Positions 49,090 to 60,315 of a stretch of DNA of 64,000 nucleotides are shown here, piece after piece. This stretch comes from Bilabrum cf. latius (Eukaryota): positions 186,001 to 250,000 of the forward strand of contig OZ237756.1 of NCBI GenBank assembly GCA_965178125.1, given 5' to 3'. Each line of letters begins with the position of its first letter. Within the stretch, counting starts at the first letter, position 1. Below the pieces are notes generated by a model that did not search any database, was not told the DNA's origin, and saw only the letters and a program-made list of their open reading frames with translations. The position numbers and the translations under genes were made by a program.

Positions 49090-52000
49090 ATGAGTTCCGA
49101 GTCCCAAACAATGCCAGCAGGCATGTTGGAAAAGTTTCGCAGGTCTTCTCTCCCTAGGCTACCTTCTTCTTTGGCTCACTTGGACGATTCGGATGAAGAC
49201 AGCGAAGGCGGTCCTGAAGTCCACAGACAACCATCCGATAATACGTATGGGTCTGCAGACGATCAATCTGCTGGTGCAGCTAGCACGGATGACGAAGGCC
49301 CTGTGCTTCCGCGGTCACCTGGGAATGGACCTGTAGTTGCACCAACCAAGGCTGACCGCGTGTCGCGTAGCAGGCATGGAGCACGCACCAAGCGGCGGAT
49401 GCGCACTGGATTTTCATTTCGAGACATGCAGTTCGATGCCACACCTGGCAGCGACCCGTTCGCTGGCCTTGCACTAGAGCAGGTGACGGATGTTACCGCA
49501 GGCTCATCCGGCGCTACGGCACACAAGCACGATCCGTCCCATGCCCTGCATGCAGACGGGAGCTCATCAACCGCAGGCAAGCCAATCAACGATACACCAG
49601 TGGAGCTGCACCGGCTAGGCACGCGAAGGCGAGGCCCTCGCCGTGGGAGCGCCCCCGCCCCGCAATCGGACTGGTTCGCGCAGCTGGCCTTTGGGATGGG
49701 GGCCCACGTGGTCGCGTCTCCGGCGGGGGGCATGTCGGTGGCGAGCAGCACCCCAACAGGGGCGGGGAATTCCCCTCGACGCCACGGCGGGGGGGGTGCC
49801 GCGTCCTCCGAGCTCGTCACACCCCATGCACCGGGCAGCACATCCGCCTCGCCTACGCAGCCTGCTACTAGTACACCCAGGGGGTACTTCCGGTTCTCCG
49901 ACAAACCAAGCGGCCAGGCCGCGCCCGGAGGCAGGAGCGCGCGAAAGCGCGGCCACGTCCGTGTGACGAGTGGACCCGGAGCCAGTTCCGCAAGCACCGG
50001 GTCCTCGGTGGGCGGGCTTGCGGCCCTGCCCTCGACCCCCCTGCGGCGGGCCCTGGCGAAGCGGCTGGAGCAAGCGAGGGGCAGATTGGCGGTGCAGCGG
50101 GGTGGCACGGGTGACGGCGATGATGCTGTTAGTGGTGATCTTGGGGGCGGGTCTAGAGGCGGAGGAAGGCGCGGGGTTGGGGGCGATGATGCTGGCAGCG
50201 AGTCGCCTCGGAGGCGAGTAGGATTCTCCGCCGGTCAACTGCACTCGCCTCCGAGTCCCAGCACACCCGCTGGAGGTGCTGGCGGTGACGCGGCATACTA
50301 TGATGGTGCTGCTGCGGCTGTGCTGGACCGCATGAGGGAAGCAAGGGGGGTATATGTCAGCATCAGCAGCAGCAGCAGAGGCAGCCGGAGCCATGGTGAT
50401 GCCAGTCGTGCTGATACAGGTGTGGGGGAGGCGCATGGGAGCAGGCAGAGCGCCTCTGTGATGGCTTATGCCAGTGGGTAGGAGGCAGTGCGGGGGAGCC
50501 ATGCCAGTGGGTAGGATACGGTGAAGGTATTTTCAGCCGGCGTGGACATGGACATGGGCATGGGCATAGACTAGGCTGAGAACTAGGACAAGAATACAGG
50601 GGAGGATGGAGAAGAGGACGGGGTGGAGGATGGGGTGCTGTATCGAGTGGACACCTGGGGTCACAACGTGTTCGACCAGAGTGCATCGCACGGTGGTGCG
50701 TGGAGCCCTAGGGCCGGATCCTCCCGCCGAAGGCACAGGCGACGAGGAACTCCCAGGGGCGGGGGCGCTGCCCCAGGGAGCAAGCGATCCAGACAGAGGC
50801 AGAGGCAGAGGCAGAGGCTCCGGATCAATACGGATGGGCTTGATAGTGACGATGGAAGCACCACCGGCGAGTTTGGTCGGTTCGGAAGAAGCACTCGGGG
50901 AACAGCGAATAGGAGGGGTCAGGCCGGCAACAGCACCAGGGGTAGGGGGGGAAGGCCGCATTCCGCACGGTATTCGAAGGGGGACAGCGGCGGGCTGACC
51001 CGCAAGGCGATGCACCTTGTAGGCTACGGGGAGTTCGGCCAGGGACTTTGGGCCCGAGATACTTGTAGCAGTGCCAATCGCAGGAAGAAGAAGACGACGA
51101 CAAAAATGCATGGCATTGCGGTGCAGACAGTGCGGGGAGGTGGCCGCACCTCACGAGGAGCAGGGGGGAAAAAGCGGCGCTCGCCACGAGGCGCTGCCAG
51201 CCCGACTCATCATCGTCAAAGGCCACGCACAGCCCGGAGCCGGAAATCCCCTCGGCGGCCCGTATCTGGGAAACGATCAAGCCCCCGCACTCGCGTGGCC
51301 AGCAGAAACAAGACACCAAGGCACCCCGCAGCAGCAGCGGCATCCAAGACCATATGGGGCGAGCATGGAGCAACTGCTCGAGCGGGAGTCGGTCGCAAAC
51401 TTCCCAACCGGCCAGGCACAGGCCCCGACTCCAGCACTGGCACCCTCGTGCAGTGCACCTAGTCCGTCACGTCCTCCGGTAGCGGCCCAGTGTCGAGACG
51501 CCCGGTTCCGCCAGCATCGCGGCGCCACGCATCCCCTCGAGGCACTGGGCTGCTGCTCAAAAGGGGCAGGAGCAGAAGGAGCTCACTAGCCGTTGAGCTG
51601 CCCCGCCTGGCATACGGCGCCGAGGCACGTCTCAGAGCCGAGTCGGAGTTTTTCAGGGGGGCGCAGGTGGTCGCAAGCAGCACGCGGGACCGGGCGCAGG
51701 CTCGGATCCTGGCGCGCGGCGCCGCGCGGGTGAGCCGTGCGGAACATCAAGCGAGGCTTGCGTCGCCTCGAGTCGACCTAGGGAATCAGGCATCGGGGGG
51801 TAGGCGGGATCCCGGCGCTGAGGATGGGGCGGGGCCCAGACCGCCGGAGGTGAGCAGGGGGGCCAGCCGAGCAGGTGCTCCGGGGAGGGCGAGCACGCAT
51901 CGCCGAGTGAGCATGCAAGGAGCATCCAGGGAGTAGGGGCCGAGTGGGCCTGTTCGAGCTGCGACCATCGACCTCGGAGCACTTGCTTCTGGTGAGGGCG

Positions 52001-52275
52001 AGCACGATGGTATCGATGGTCGCAAGGGCACAGTGGCTGGCCCCCGGGCTTTCCCAGTGGTCCACCGGCAGCTTGAGTCGCTCAGGTGGCTGCTGCCTCC
52101 CGATGCGGCCAGCAGGCAGCCTGATGTGGACGTGGTGCTGGGGCTCAGGGACCTGCAAGGGGAAGGGGCGGCTCCTCCCGATGCGGGTGATTTTGAGGGC
52201 CGGCCTGCTGCTGCTGCCAGTGCTGGCAGGTAGTACACGGGGAGAAGGCGAAGCATGGTGGGGCGGCCGCGCTGA
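49090..52275 (+). CDS. ~1060-aa low-complexity, probably disordered G/S/R-rich hypothetical protein
   Basis: ORFs 48988, 50623, 51490 and 52033 are in one frame, joined by 7 TAGs (50479, 50512, 50572, 50584, 51460, 51934, 52231). Ends TGA 52273-52275. Confidence 0.65.
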
Positions 52276-52462
52276 ATGATTCGCAGGGAGACGGATCGAC
52301 GGAGGTTATTGGCAGTGCGTATGAGCGGCGTGTTGAAGTCTAGGTATGGAACTGTCTCGACTGCCGGTCCTGCCTGCCGACGAGCAAGATTTCTAGTTGC
52401 GTGCAGTTTTGAGCGCAATCGCGTTCGGGGGCTTCAGAGACCACTCAGAACACTGAGATAAG

Positions 52463-53369
52463 ATGCGCGCGGTTGCCAGTGCACGAAAGGCTATGCGATC
52501 TGCCGCTAGGACGAGCTCTCGGCTCAGACCCAGCGTTTGTGCGATGCCGGCGCTCTCTCAAGCAGCGGCAACTGGAAGCTCAGGTTTGACAGGTGTTTCA
52601 AAGGCATGGAAGTCTTCCTCTGTTATGAACACAGCGTTGGACCAGTCTAGTCTTGTGTTCGCAAATTTGTTTGTCGCAAGCGACAATGGATGCTTTGTGG
52701 TGAGAGCAGCATGCACCGTTCAAGCGGATTCGACTTTTCCTTTGGAAGTCCATGTCCTACACTTTGGAGTTCAGGTTTACTCGAGGCTTTATTGATCGCA
52801 ACGGTAGATCGACAGCTATATAATATTTCATACTATCGCAGTTTCGCCCCCAGCCGGCTGCTCTGAGGCGAGTGATGAGCGATGGGCCATTCTTCCTCCA
52901 CTCCCCTGGTAGCATTCTGGTCGACATCGTTCAGCGAAAGGAAACCGGCGGCGAGCTGGACTTTGCTGGGAAGACCAAGTTTTCGATCAGGGTTGCAGAC
53001 ATCGGTCGGTTCGCCACGACCCCGCTTGGATCCAACATCACGCTCTCTCGCACAGTGGACCGAGGCCAGGAAGGCGAGCACGAGGAGACCATGACGTTCC
53101 GTCAAAACGAGGACGCCTCCGCCACCGTGGAATTCAGAAAGGGCCTCGACCCCCCGATCGTCACCGCGATGATCCCCGCCCCCCGCTACTTTGTGCTCAA
53201 GAGCCTCATGTTTTCCTCCCTGCCTGGCCTCAGCGCGTGGGACGTGGGCTCCAGCCCCAGCCTGTTCTCGCCGGAGAAATACTCCATGAGGGGCCCTGCC
53301 AATGCGAGCGCAGCAGAGGGAGGAGCGGATTCGGCTGCCACCGAGGCGGGCAGCGGCGAGGGGCAGTGA
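52463..53369 (+). CDS. Whirly-fold single-stranded nucleic-acid-binding protein with mitochondrial-type presequence (254 aa)
   Basis: Exons 52463-52699 and 52842-53369 (intron GTGAG...TCGCAG, phase 0). The N-terminus is R/S/A-rich and lacks acidic residues. The core VFANLFV...FRPQP...GSILVDI...LDFAGKTKFSIRVADIG...YFVLKSLMFSSLPGLSAWD parallels the recalled Whirly pattern. Confidence 0.6.
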
Positions 53370-53635
53370 GGCGCTTTCCTCTCCTCGGGGTTGGGGAGGG
53401 GGGCGAGTCGAGCCGGTTGGGCGGAAGGGGGCGTAGCATTTGGGGAGGGCATTCCCTTGGTGTGTGAACGGATGAACAGACATATATTAGTCGTGATGAG
53501 GCTACATTCAAAGCGCATTTGTAGTTAGTTTATCAGTGGAGGCCAAGTGGAGGCCCTTTCGCCATTTGTACCGTGTACTTAATAAATCAAATCATTGCGA
53601 AAACAAGCTCGGCTGGAACGCACACGTTTGCAATC

Positions 53636-54827
53636 ATGGTGAGTCTCTTGAGGCACTAATAATCGTGGCATATATTCACACGTACGGCCGTGGATCGCTT
53701 TGACTGGTTTCTCAGCGCTAATGTGCGAGCATCGGGATGGTCTCCATTTGCTCGCTTTTTTGAGTGATCTCATCGCAGTCGGCAATGGAATACAATGGGG
53801 CCGCAGTCATCGCCATGGTTGGCAAAGACTGTGTTGGTATTGCAAGGTGAGTAGCTGCGCATTATTTGACGTGGACTGTGCACCAGCTTCGATCAGCCAA
53901 GCACAAACTCAGCGACGTATCCACTCGGCCCAGCTTCCATTTCGCAGCGATCTGAGATTGGGGCAGCAGGCTCTGACGGTAGATTGCAACTTCAGCAAGA
54001 TTTTCAAGTATAACGACAAAATGCTGTGTGGGTACGCCGGTCTGGCTACGGACGTGACGACATTGCACGAGACCATGGAATTCAAGCACAACATGTATTC
54101 GCTCAAGGAAGAGAGAGATATGAAGCCTAGCACATTCACCGGTCTATTGACGCACACGCTGTACGAGAGGCGGTGAGTTTGCCGTCCAGTTTAGGTTGCA
54201 GGCGCATCATCATCAGCACAGGATGGCATATGCTCCAAATCGCTCGTGTCCTCTTCATGCATGCGTTCTCTCCTGCACGACAACAAGCTCTTCATGCACC
54301 GCAGATTTGCCCCGTACTTTTGCGAGCCCGTGGTGGCAGGCCTGGAGGGCAAGGAGGGCACCCCCTACATCTCGGGGATGGACCTCGTGGGCGCTCCCGT
54401 CAGGACGGAGGACTTCATCGTCAGCGGGACCTGCACGGAGAACTGCTACGGAATGTGCGAGAGCCTGTGGCACAAGGATATGGTGAGGAAAGCGAGTGGC
54501 CTTGTAGGGTGTATGCCGCAGTGTTGACGGATCGGTTTCACGTTCCACAGTGGTTCCTTGGATCTGATCACGATGTATCCTCCCATGCCTTCGGGTCACC
54601 ATCTCCTAATGCAAGCATCGTCACCCCGCTTCATCGTTACACTCGTCCCATATCCTACCCTTGCGTGTTCCTACCGTTCGCAGGACGAGGACGAGCTCTT
54701 TGAGACCCTCGGTCAGTCGCTGCTTGCCGCAGTGGACAGGGATGCAATCAGCGGGTGGGGGGCCGTGGTGCACATCCTGAACAAGAAGGGACTCACGACC
54801 AAGTACCTCAAGTCCAGGAAGGACTGA
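53636..54827 (+). CDS. PSMB3: 20S proteasome subunit beta type-3 (205 aa)
   Basis: Five exons (53636-53638, 53779-53846, 53948-54172, 54305-54482, 54684-54827) with GTGAG...CAG introns. Spliced product MSAMEYNGAAVIAMVGKDCVGIASDLRLG...GLATDV...YERRFAPYF...CESLW...AVDRDAISGWG...RKD. Ends TGA. Confidence 0.97.
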
Positions 54828-55107
54828 TCGATGGTGGGATGGACAGCAAGCAACCTTGTGGGGGGGTTGTAGCGGCATGCCGACGGGAGTTCGTTTTGTA
54901 CGACCTTGATGCACACAATTGATACCAATTCCAGTCGCGCACGTGGTACGCAGCGAGACGCTCACCCGATTGCTTGTATGTGGCTGCGCACTCATCCGCT
55001 AACCCCGCCAGCTGCGCCCGCCGCCGGGCAGCCAAACACCAAAGCCGGAACCACAACAGCACAACGGATCGAAATCTATCAAATCGTACCTGTAGGCTTT
55101 GAGAGAT

Positions 55108-57398
55108 ATGCCTTCTAAAAAGAAAAGCGATAGCTCAGCGCCGGAACTAAAGCCCTTGCCCAAACCGTCAACACTACCGGATTGGAGGGAATCATAGGAG
55201 CCAGGGGATTCAGATACTGAGGGTGAGCCAAACGCATTTTTTCGTGTTTGTGAGCCTGCTACCCCGTGCAAGTATACCGTTTGCCAATTTAAAGATTTAG
55301 CTCCATGCAGATTACTAGTACTATGGAAAGTTTCGACGAGACTATGTGCATCTGTGCGAGGTGCTTTCAATTGGACCACATCAACAGCTTGTAGGCAGAA
55401 TCAAGCGACCAATGAGTGAGAATGCCATGTTAGTAGCATCACACCGTATCCAAATGCAGAGTAGAGCGATTCACGCAAGCGCCGCACGACTATGTTATTG
55501 CCGCAGCGACGATCGAGCTCCGAGCCGCGAGCGAGCAGGCCCAGGCCGGCGACGGCAGCATCGACCGGCAGGCCAGCGCCGAGGTGACCGCCGCCCTCGA
55601 GGCGATGTCCGCATCCAACGACCGAACGCTTCCAATCGAGCTGCGTCCGAAAACCGCAATCGATGCCTTCGACGTGAGCGACGAGCTCGCCTGTCTTCAG
55701 CTCAGGGGCACCCGCCTCGACCCAGGCACCTGCGCCGCACTGTGCCTTGCGCTGCCGAGGTGTCCCGAGGTGAAGGAGATTTCGTTCTGGCAGGTTGCAA
55801 CCACGCCTGATCTGATCCGATCGCTGGCGGAGGCCCTGCGGAGCGAAGGTTCGGCGGTTCGCAGGGTGGCCATCGACTACTCCCCGCTGGTGCCCCCGAA
55901 CATTACCAATGGCTCTGATACCAGTGGTAGTGGTAGCAGCGATGTTGCTATTGGAAAACAGGAGCACTGGCAGCAGGAAGGCGGGGATGACGATGTGGAC
56001 GTGACGAGTGCTGCCGCATCGTCAGGAGCAGGTGGCGGTCCTGCTCCTACGGGCCCTTCAGACGACGAGCAAGAGGGAGGCAGCAGCCCAGGGAACAAGG
56101 AGAGCCCCACGGCTGCCTTCTTCGATCTGCTGCGGCCCGAGGCACGGCTCGAGTGCCTGTCGCTGCGTGGGAACAGGATCTGCGACGATGACGTGGGGCA
56201 CTTGTGCACTGCACTGCTGCGCACGCGGTACCTCAAGGTGCTCAACCTGTCGCGGAACAGGCTGACTGCGCGCGGCGCCGCGCAGTTGCTGGGCGCCGTC
56301 CGGGACTGTCGTGGGCTCGAAGGTCTGTCGCTGTCCCACAACTAGATAGAGGAGGAAGATTCGACGAAAACCAGGCCGGTAAGGGAGTGCGAGGGCGAGG
56401 GCGAGGGCGACGCTGGCTTGGAATCTGAGGCCGGGGACACGATGAAAGATGAAGATGATGAATAGACCGAGTCGGATCTGCAGCAGTTTGCCAAGGAGTT
56501 AGGACGGGCGGTTTCGCGGAGGTACTTGCTCGGGGAGAGCGAGTGGGTGGCCCGGCAGCGGCTGGGCATTGCCGCTGGGCTGTTGGAGGAGGGAGAAGAC
56601 GAGGTGCCCTAGTCACAGGGGCAGGATACGGGGGGCAAGGGCGGGAAGGGTAAAGGCGGCAAGGGGAAGGATAAAGGGAAGGGCAAGGACAAGGGAGGCA
56701 AGAAGGGGGGCAAGGGCAAGGGTGGTGGGGAAGACGTCATCGAAGCCGAGATGCCCGAGGTGGATGAGCTGCTGGATGATGACGAGTGCTCATTGGCGCC
56801 GCGGCAATGGTGCGGAACCGGGTGCATTTCCCTCAGGTACGTCGATCTGGGCCGTAATCCCATTGGTGTGGATGGCGCTTGCTCGCTGCTGGATGCAGTG
56901 CTGCCTGCCCTGCCCGAGCCAGCTGATGGTGAGACAGCTATGGGCGGGGATGGGGAGAGAGATGGGCTCGGGGCAGCAGGGGTGTGTACTGGCGAGGGCA
57001 GTCCCAGGAGTGCCAGCGGGACATCGAGCAAGGCCGGGTCGGGCAAGGGCAGTTCCAGGAGTGCCAGCGGGACATCGAGCAAGGCAGGGTCGGGCAAGGG
57101 CAGTTCCAGGAGTGCCAGCGGGACATCGAGCAAGGCAGGGTCGGGCAAGGCTAGCCCGCGAGGTGGCGGGAAGAGCAAGAGCAAGGGCAAAGGGAAAGGG
57201 AAGGGGCATGCTGATGTCGAGGAAGGTGACCAGCGGGAGTGCTTCTTGGAGTGCATTGCACTGTAGGCGTGCGGTGTGGCCGGGCTGGGTGACGATGTCG
57301 GAGCGGCATCGGACGAGTTGGCCAGCAGGCTCGCTGGAGACGGGCTTGTGGAGAGGGCTGGGGCGAGCGGTGTGGAGGTGCAAGTGAGCACGAGCTGA
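55108..57398 (+). CDS. RNI-type leucine-rich-repeat protein, LRRC71-like (~703 aa)
   Basis: Exons 55108-55222, 55311-55415 and 55507-57398 with phase-consistent GT-AG introns. LRRs LECLSLRGNRI, LKVLNLSRNRL, LEGLSLSHN*I and LRYVDLGRNPI, plus K/G-rich linkers. Six internal TAGs; ends TGA. The LRRC71 resemblance is from recollection. Confidence 0.75.
56996..57148 (+). repeat. Coding minisatellite, 3 x 51 bp (GSxRSASGTSSKAGSGK)
   Basis: Three near-identical units here; the downstream duplicate (~59780-59830) has one unit. Confidence 0.9.
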
Positions 57399-57636
57399 GG
57401 CTATTGGAATGCATACATATCTACACGAACAATCAATGTGTATCACTTTATTTCCCAAGCATTCAGCTTGATTCAGGCCAAAGACGGTCCGAGTGGTTCT
57501 CACTCTCGTCATCCGCCGGCTTGTTCTGAATTCTGTCAAGAAAGCCAGGCGACTGTGTCCCTTGTGCCCCGGGGGCTTGCATATTGGTGCTGATTGAGTA
57601 CGTTGACAGCAGAAAGCCTTCAATCGAAGTTCCAGC

Positions 57637-59214
57637 ATGTCTCTTGGACTCGCGGAGGAGGCCGAATATGTCCAGCCCAATCTCGACTTTCACTTTCTCG
57701 TATGTTCTGAAGTGTTCGTTGTCCACCTGCTGCCAGCGGCTATTGATTTACTGGGTGTATGGCTTGGTTCACTTACATTTTTCCTGCTACCTGCTCGCCA
57801 TCTTGTTTCGCAGGCGCCGTACACTGGGATACACAACTACAAGACTCTGGATTATACCAGAAGCCTTAAGCAGGTTGATAAGGCAGTAGAAGCAGTCAGA
57901 CAAGGGCGATCGAAGATCAGCATGCCGGGAAAGACTTCAAAGAGGGCCATTGAGGAAGTGGCAGTGGTACTGTCCGAGGATGGCGTCCGGCTGCGATCCT
58001 TGCAAGTAAGTCAATCAGAGCGAGAAGGATTTGATGCAGGCGTGGGATCTGCGCTTTGCTCAGCAGTGTGTGTGGACACGATTGACGGCTTCCCGCATCT
58101 GCAGTGCTTGATCTCATAGTGGGCGAAGTGGAGGCTGGACTGCATGGCTGCCCTTGCACCTGCCATGCTGCACGCGGGCGGCAAGAACCGGCTTCGAGTC
58201 CTGGTGCTGAAAGGGTTGACGCACATGTCATTGGAGTGCGTGCAGGTCTTCCAGAAAGTGCTGGCCGACTCGCAGTGCAGTCTGGAGGTGCTGAAGATCC
58301 GCGATATGCTAGGCAGCCTCCGCTGTATCCCCCCCCGGAAGCCGGAAGTCATTGAGGAACTATACAAGATGAATCGTCTCATGGCCGACGGCATCCGATG
58401 CAACCGGAGCATTCGGTATTGTCACCTGGGTCCGTGCAACTTGGATCTTGACACAATGCTGGCATGGACAGAGGCACTCAGCAGCAACAGCTCGTTGGTG
58501 CAGTTGGAAACGAGCTGGATCCTTCTGCCGGGATGCGGTTTGGCCCCACATAATGCGATGGGGGAGTGCGCGGCCCGCATTGTGAGGGAGAATGCTAGCA
58601 TCCAGCACCTCGCCTTCAAATACGACATGAATCCAGCCCGGAAATCTACCCCGTGCCGAGTGGGTCCGCTGTGTGATGCGGTACGGCAAAACGAATCGCT
58701 ACGGTCGCTCGTGATCGGACCAACAGGTCATCCCGACTTCCGGGGCCAGCATGAAGAAGCAGCCAGGCAGTGCGGCAGAATGCTGGATGCTGTGCTGGCC
58801 AACCCACGGATCGTGTTCTTCCAGTGGCAACGTGCGTGTGGTACTTACCACGAGGATCACATAATCCCTGCCATGCTGCCCCGGTTGCGGGCCTTCAACA
58901 GCCGTCGCAGGCGCATCGGTGCACTGCTGCATCACCGTGTGGCGAGCCAGGCCCGGCGGGATGCGGGGCTGGTGTGGCGGGCCGCATCCGAGGGCAGGCC
59001 TCTGGAGCTGGCCAGGAGGCTGAGGCTGGGTGTGATGGCAGGCGGGGCTGAGCTTAAGGTGGATGTGGGCGGGGTGATGCAGGACGCGATGGAGGCAGCG
59101 ATGGCGAATGGACACGAGGAGTGCGGCGTGCTAGTGCGTCGGTCGCTGGCGAGGGAGGTGCGGAGGCGAGCGATCTATGGCGTGGGTGGGGGGAGCGTGA
59201 AGGTTGTCTCGTGA
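57637..59214 (+). CDS. RNI-like LRR protein with ankyrin-like C-terminal helices, copy A
   Basis: ORFs 57637 and 58144 are joined through TAG 58117. Probable 114-nt intron 57700-57813 (GTATGT...TCGCAG). Repeats of the type ALSSNSSLVQL, NASIQHL and NESLRSL; EAAMANGHEECGVLV is ankyrin-like. Ends TGA. Confidence 0.7.
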
Positions 59215-59534
59215 CCGGGTGATATGTAATAATGAGGTGTTGTCTCATTGGCAATGATGCCGCTACGATGCCACTGGCATTGCCTCTAGCGTGTGTTCTC
59301 GCACCCTGGTTATCCACTGGATCGTGCGATCAGTGCGCCTGTGAATGTGGGTGCTGGCGGAGCTGACCAGTTCGGCGCATCGCCCGCTGGTGCTTAGGCC
59401 ACCATGCTGCGGGCATATGCTTGGCTGTGTGAAGCCTAGGGTATGACTGTCTGAGTCATTCAAGCGTGTTTGGTTACCACAAGGAAGGTCTCGTGCTGCT
59501 TACTCCCATCACATGGCCGCAGAGTGCAGCCCAC

Positions 59535-60080
59535 ATGCCCGAGGTGGATGAGCTGCTGGATGGTGACGAGTGCTCATTGGCGCCGCGGCAATGGTGCGGA
59601 ACCGGGTGCAATTCCCTCAGGTACGTCGATCTGGGCCGTAATCCCATTGGTGTGGATGGCGCTTGCTCGCTGCTGGATGCAGTGCTGCCTGCCCTGCCCG
59701 AGCCAGCTGATGGTGAGACAGCTATGGGCGGGGATGGGGAGAGAGATGGGCTCGGGGCAGCAGGGGTGTGTACTGGCGAGGGCAGTCCCAGGAGTGCCAG
59801 CGGGACATCGAGCAAGGCAGGGTCGGGCAAGGCTAGCCCGCGAGGTGGCGGGAAGGGCAAGAGCAAGGGCAAAGGGAAAGGGAAGGGGCATGCTGATGTC
59901 GAGGAAGGTGACCAGCGGGAGTGCTTCTTGGAGTGCATTGCACTGCAGGCGTGCGGTGTGGCCGGGCTGGGTGACGACGTGGGAGCGGCATCGGATGAGC
60001 TGGCCAGCAGGCTCGCTGGAGACGGGCTTGTGGAGAGGGCTGGGGCGAGCGGTGTGGTGGTGCAAGTGAGCACGAGCTGA
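59535..60080 (+). pseudogene. Duplicated 3' fragment of the LRRC71-like gene, open from an internal Met
   Basis: Matches 56751-57398 but lacks all upstream exons. The frame is intact and has CAG where the parent has TAG. Confidence 0.6.
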
Positions 60081-60315
60081 GGCTGTTGGAATGCATACAT
60101 ATCTACACGAACAATCAATGTGTATCACTTTACTTTCCCCAGCATTCAGCTTTACCCAGGCCAAATCCTCCGAGTGGTTCTCACTCTCGTCATCCGCTGG
60201 CTTGTTCTGAATTCTGTCAAGAAAGCCAGGCGACTGTGTCCCTTGTGCTCCAGGGGCTTGCATAGGTGCTGATCAAGTACGTTGACGGCAAAAAGCCTGC
60301 AATCGAAGTTCCAGC

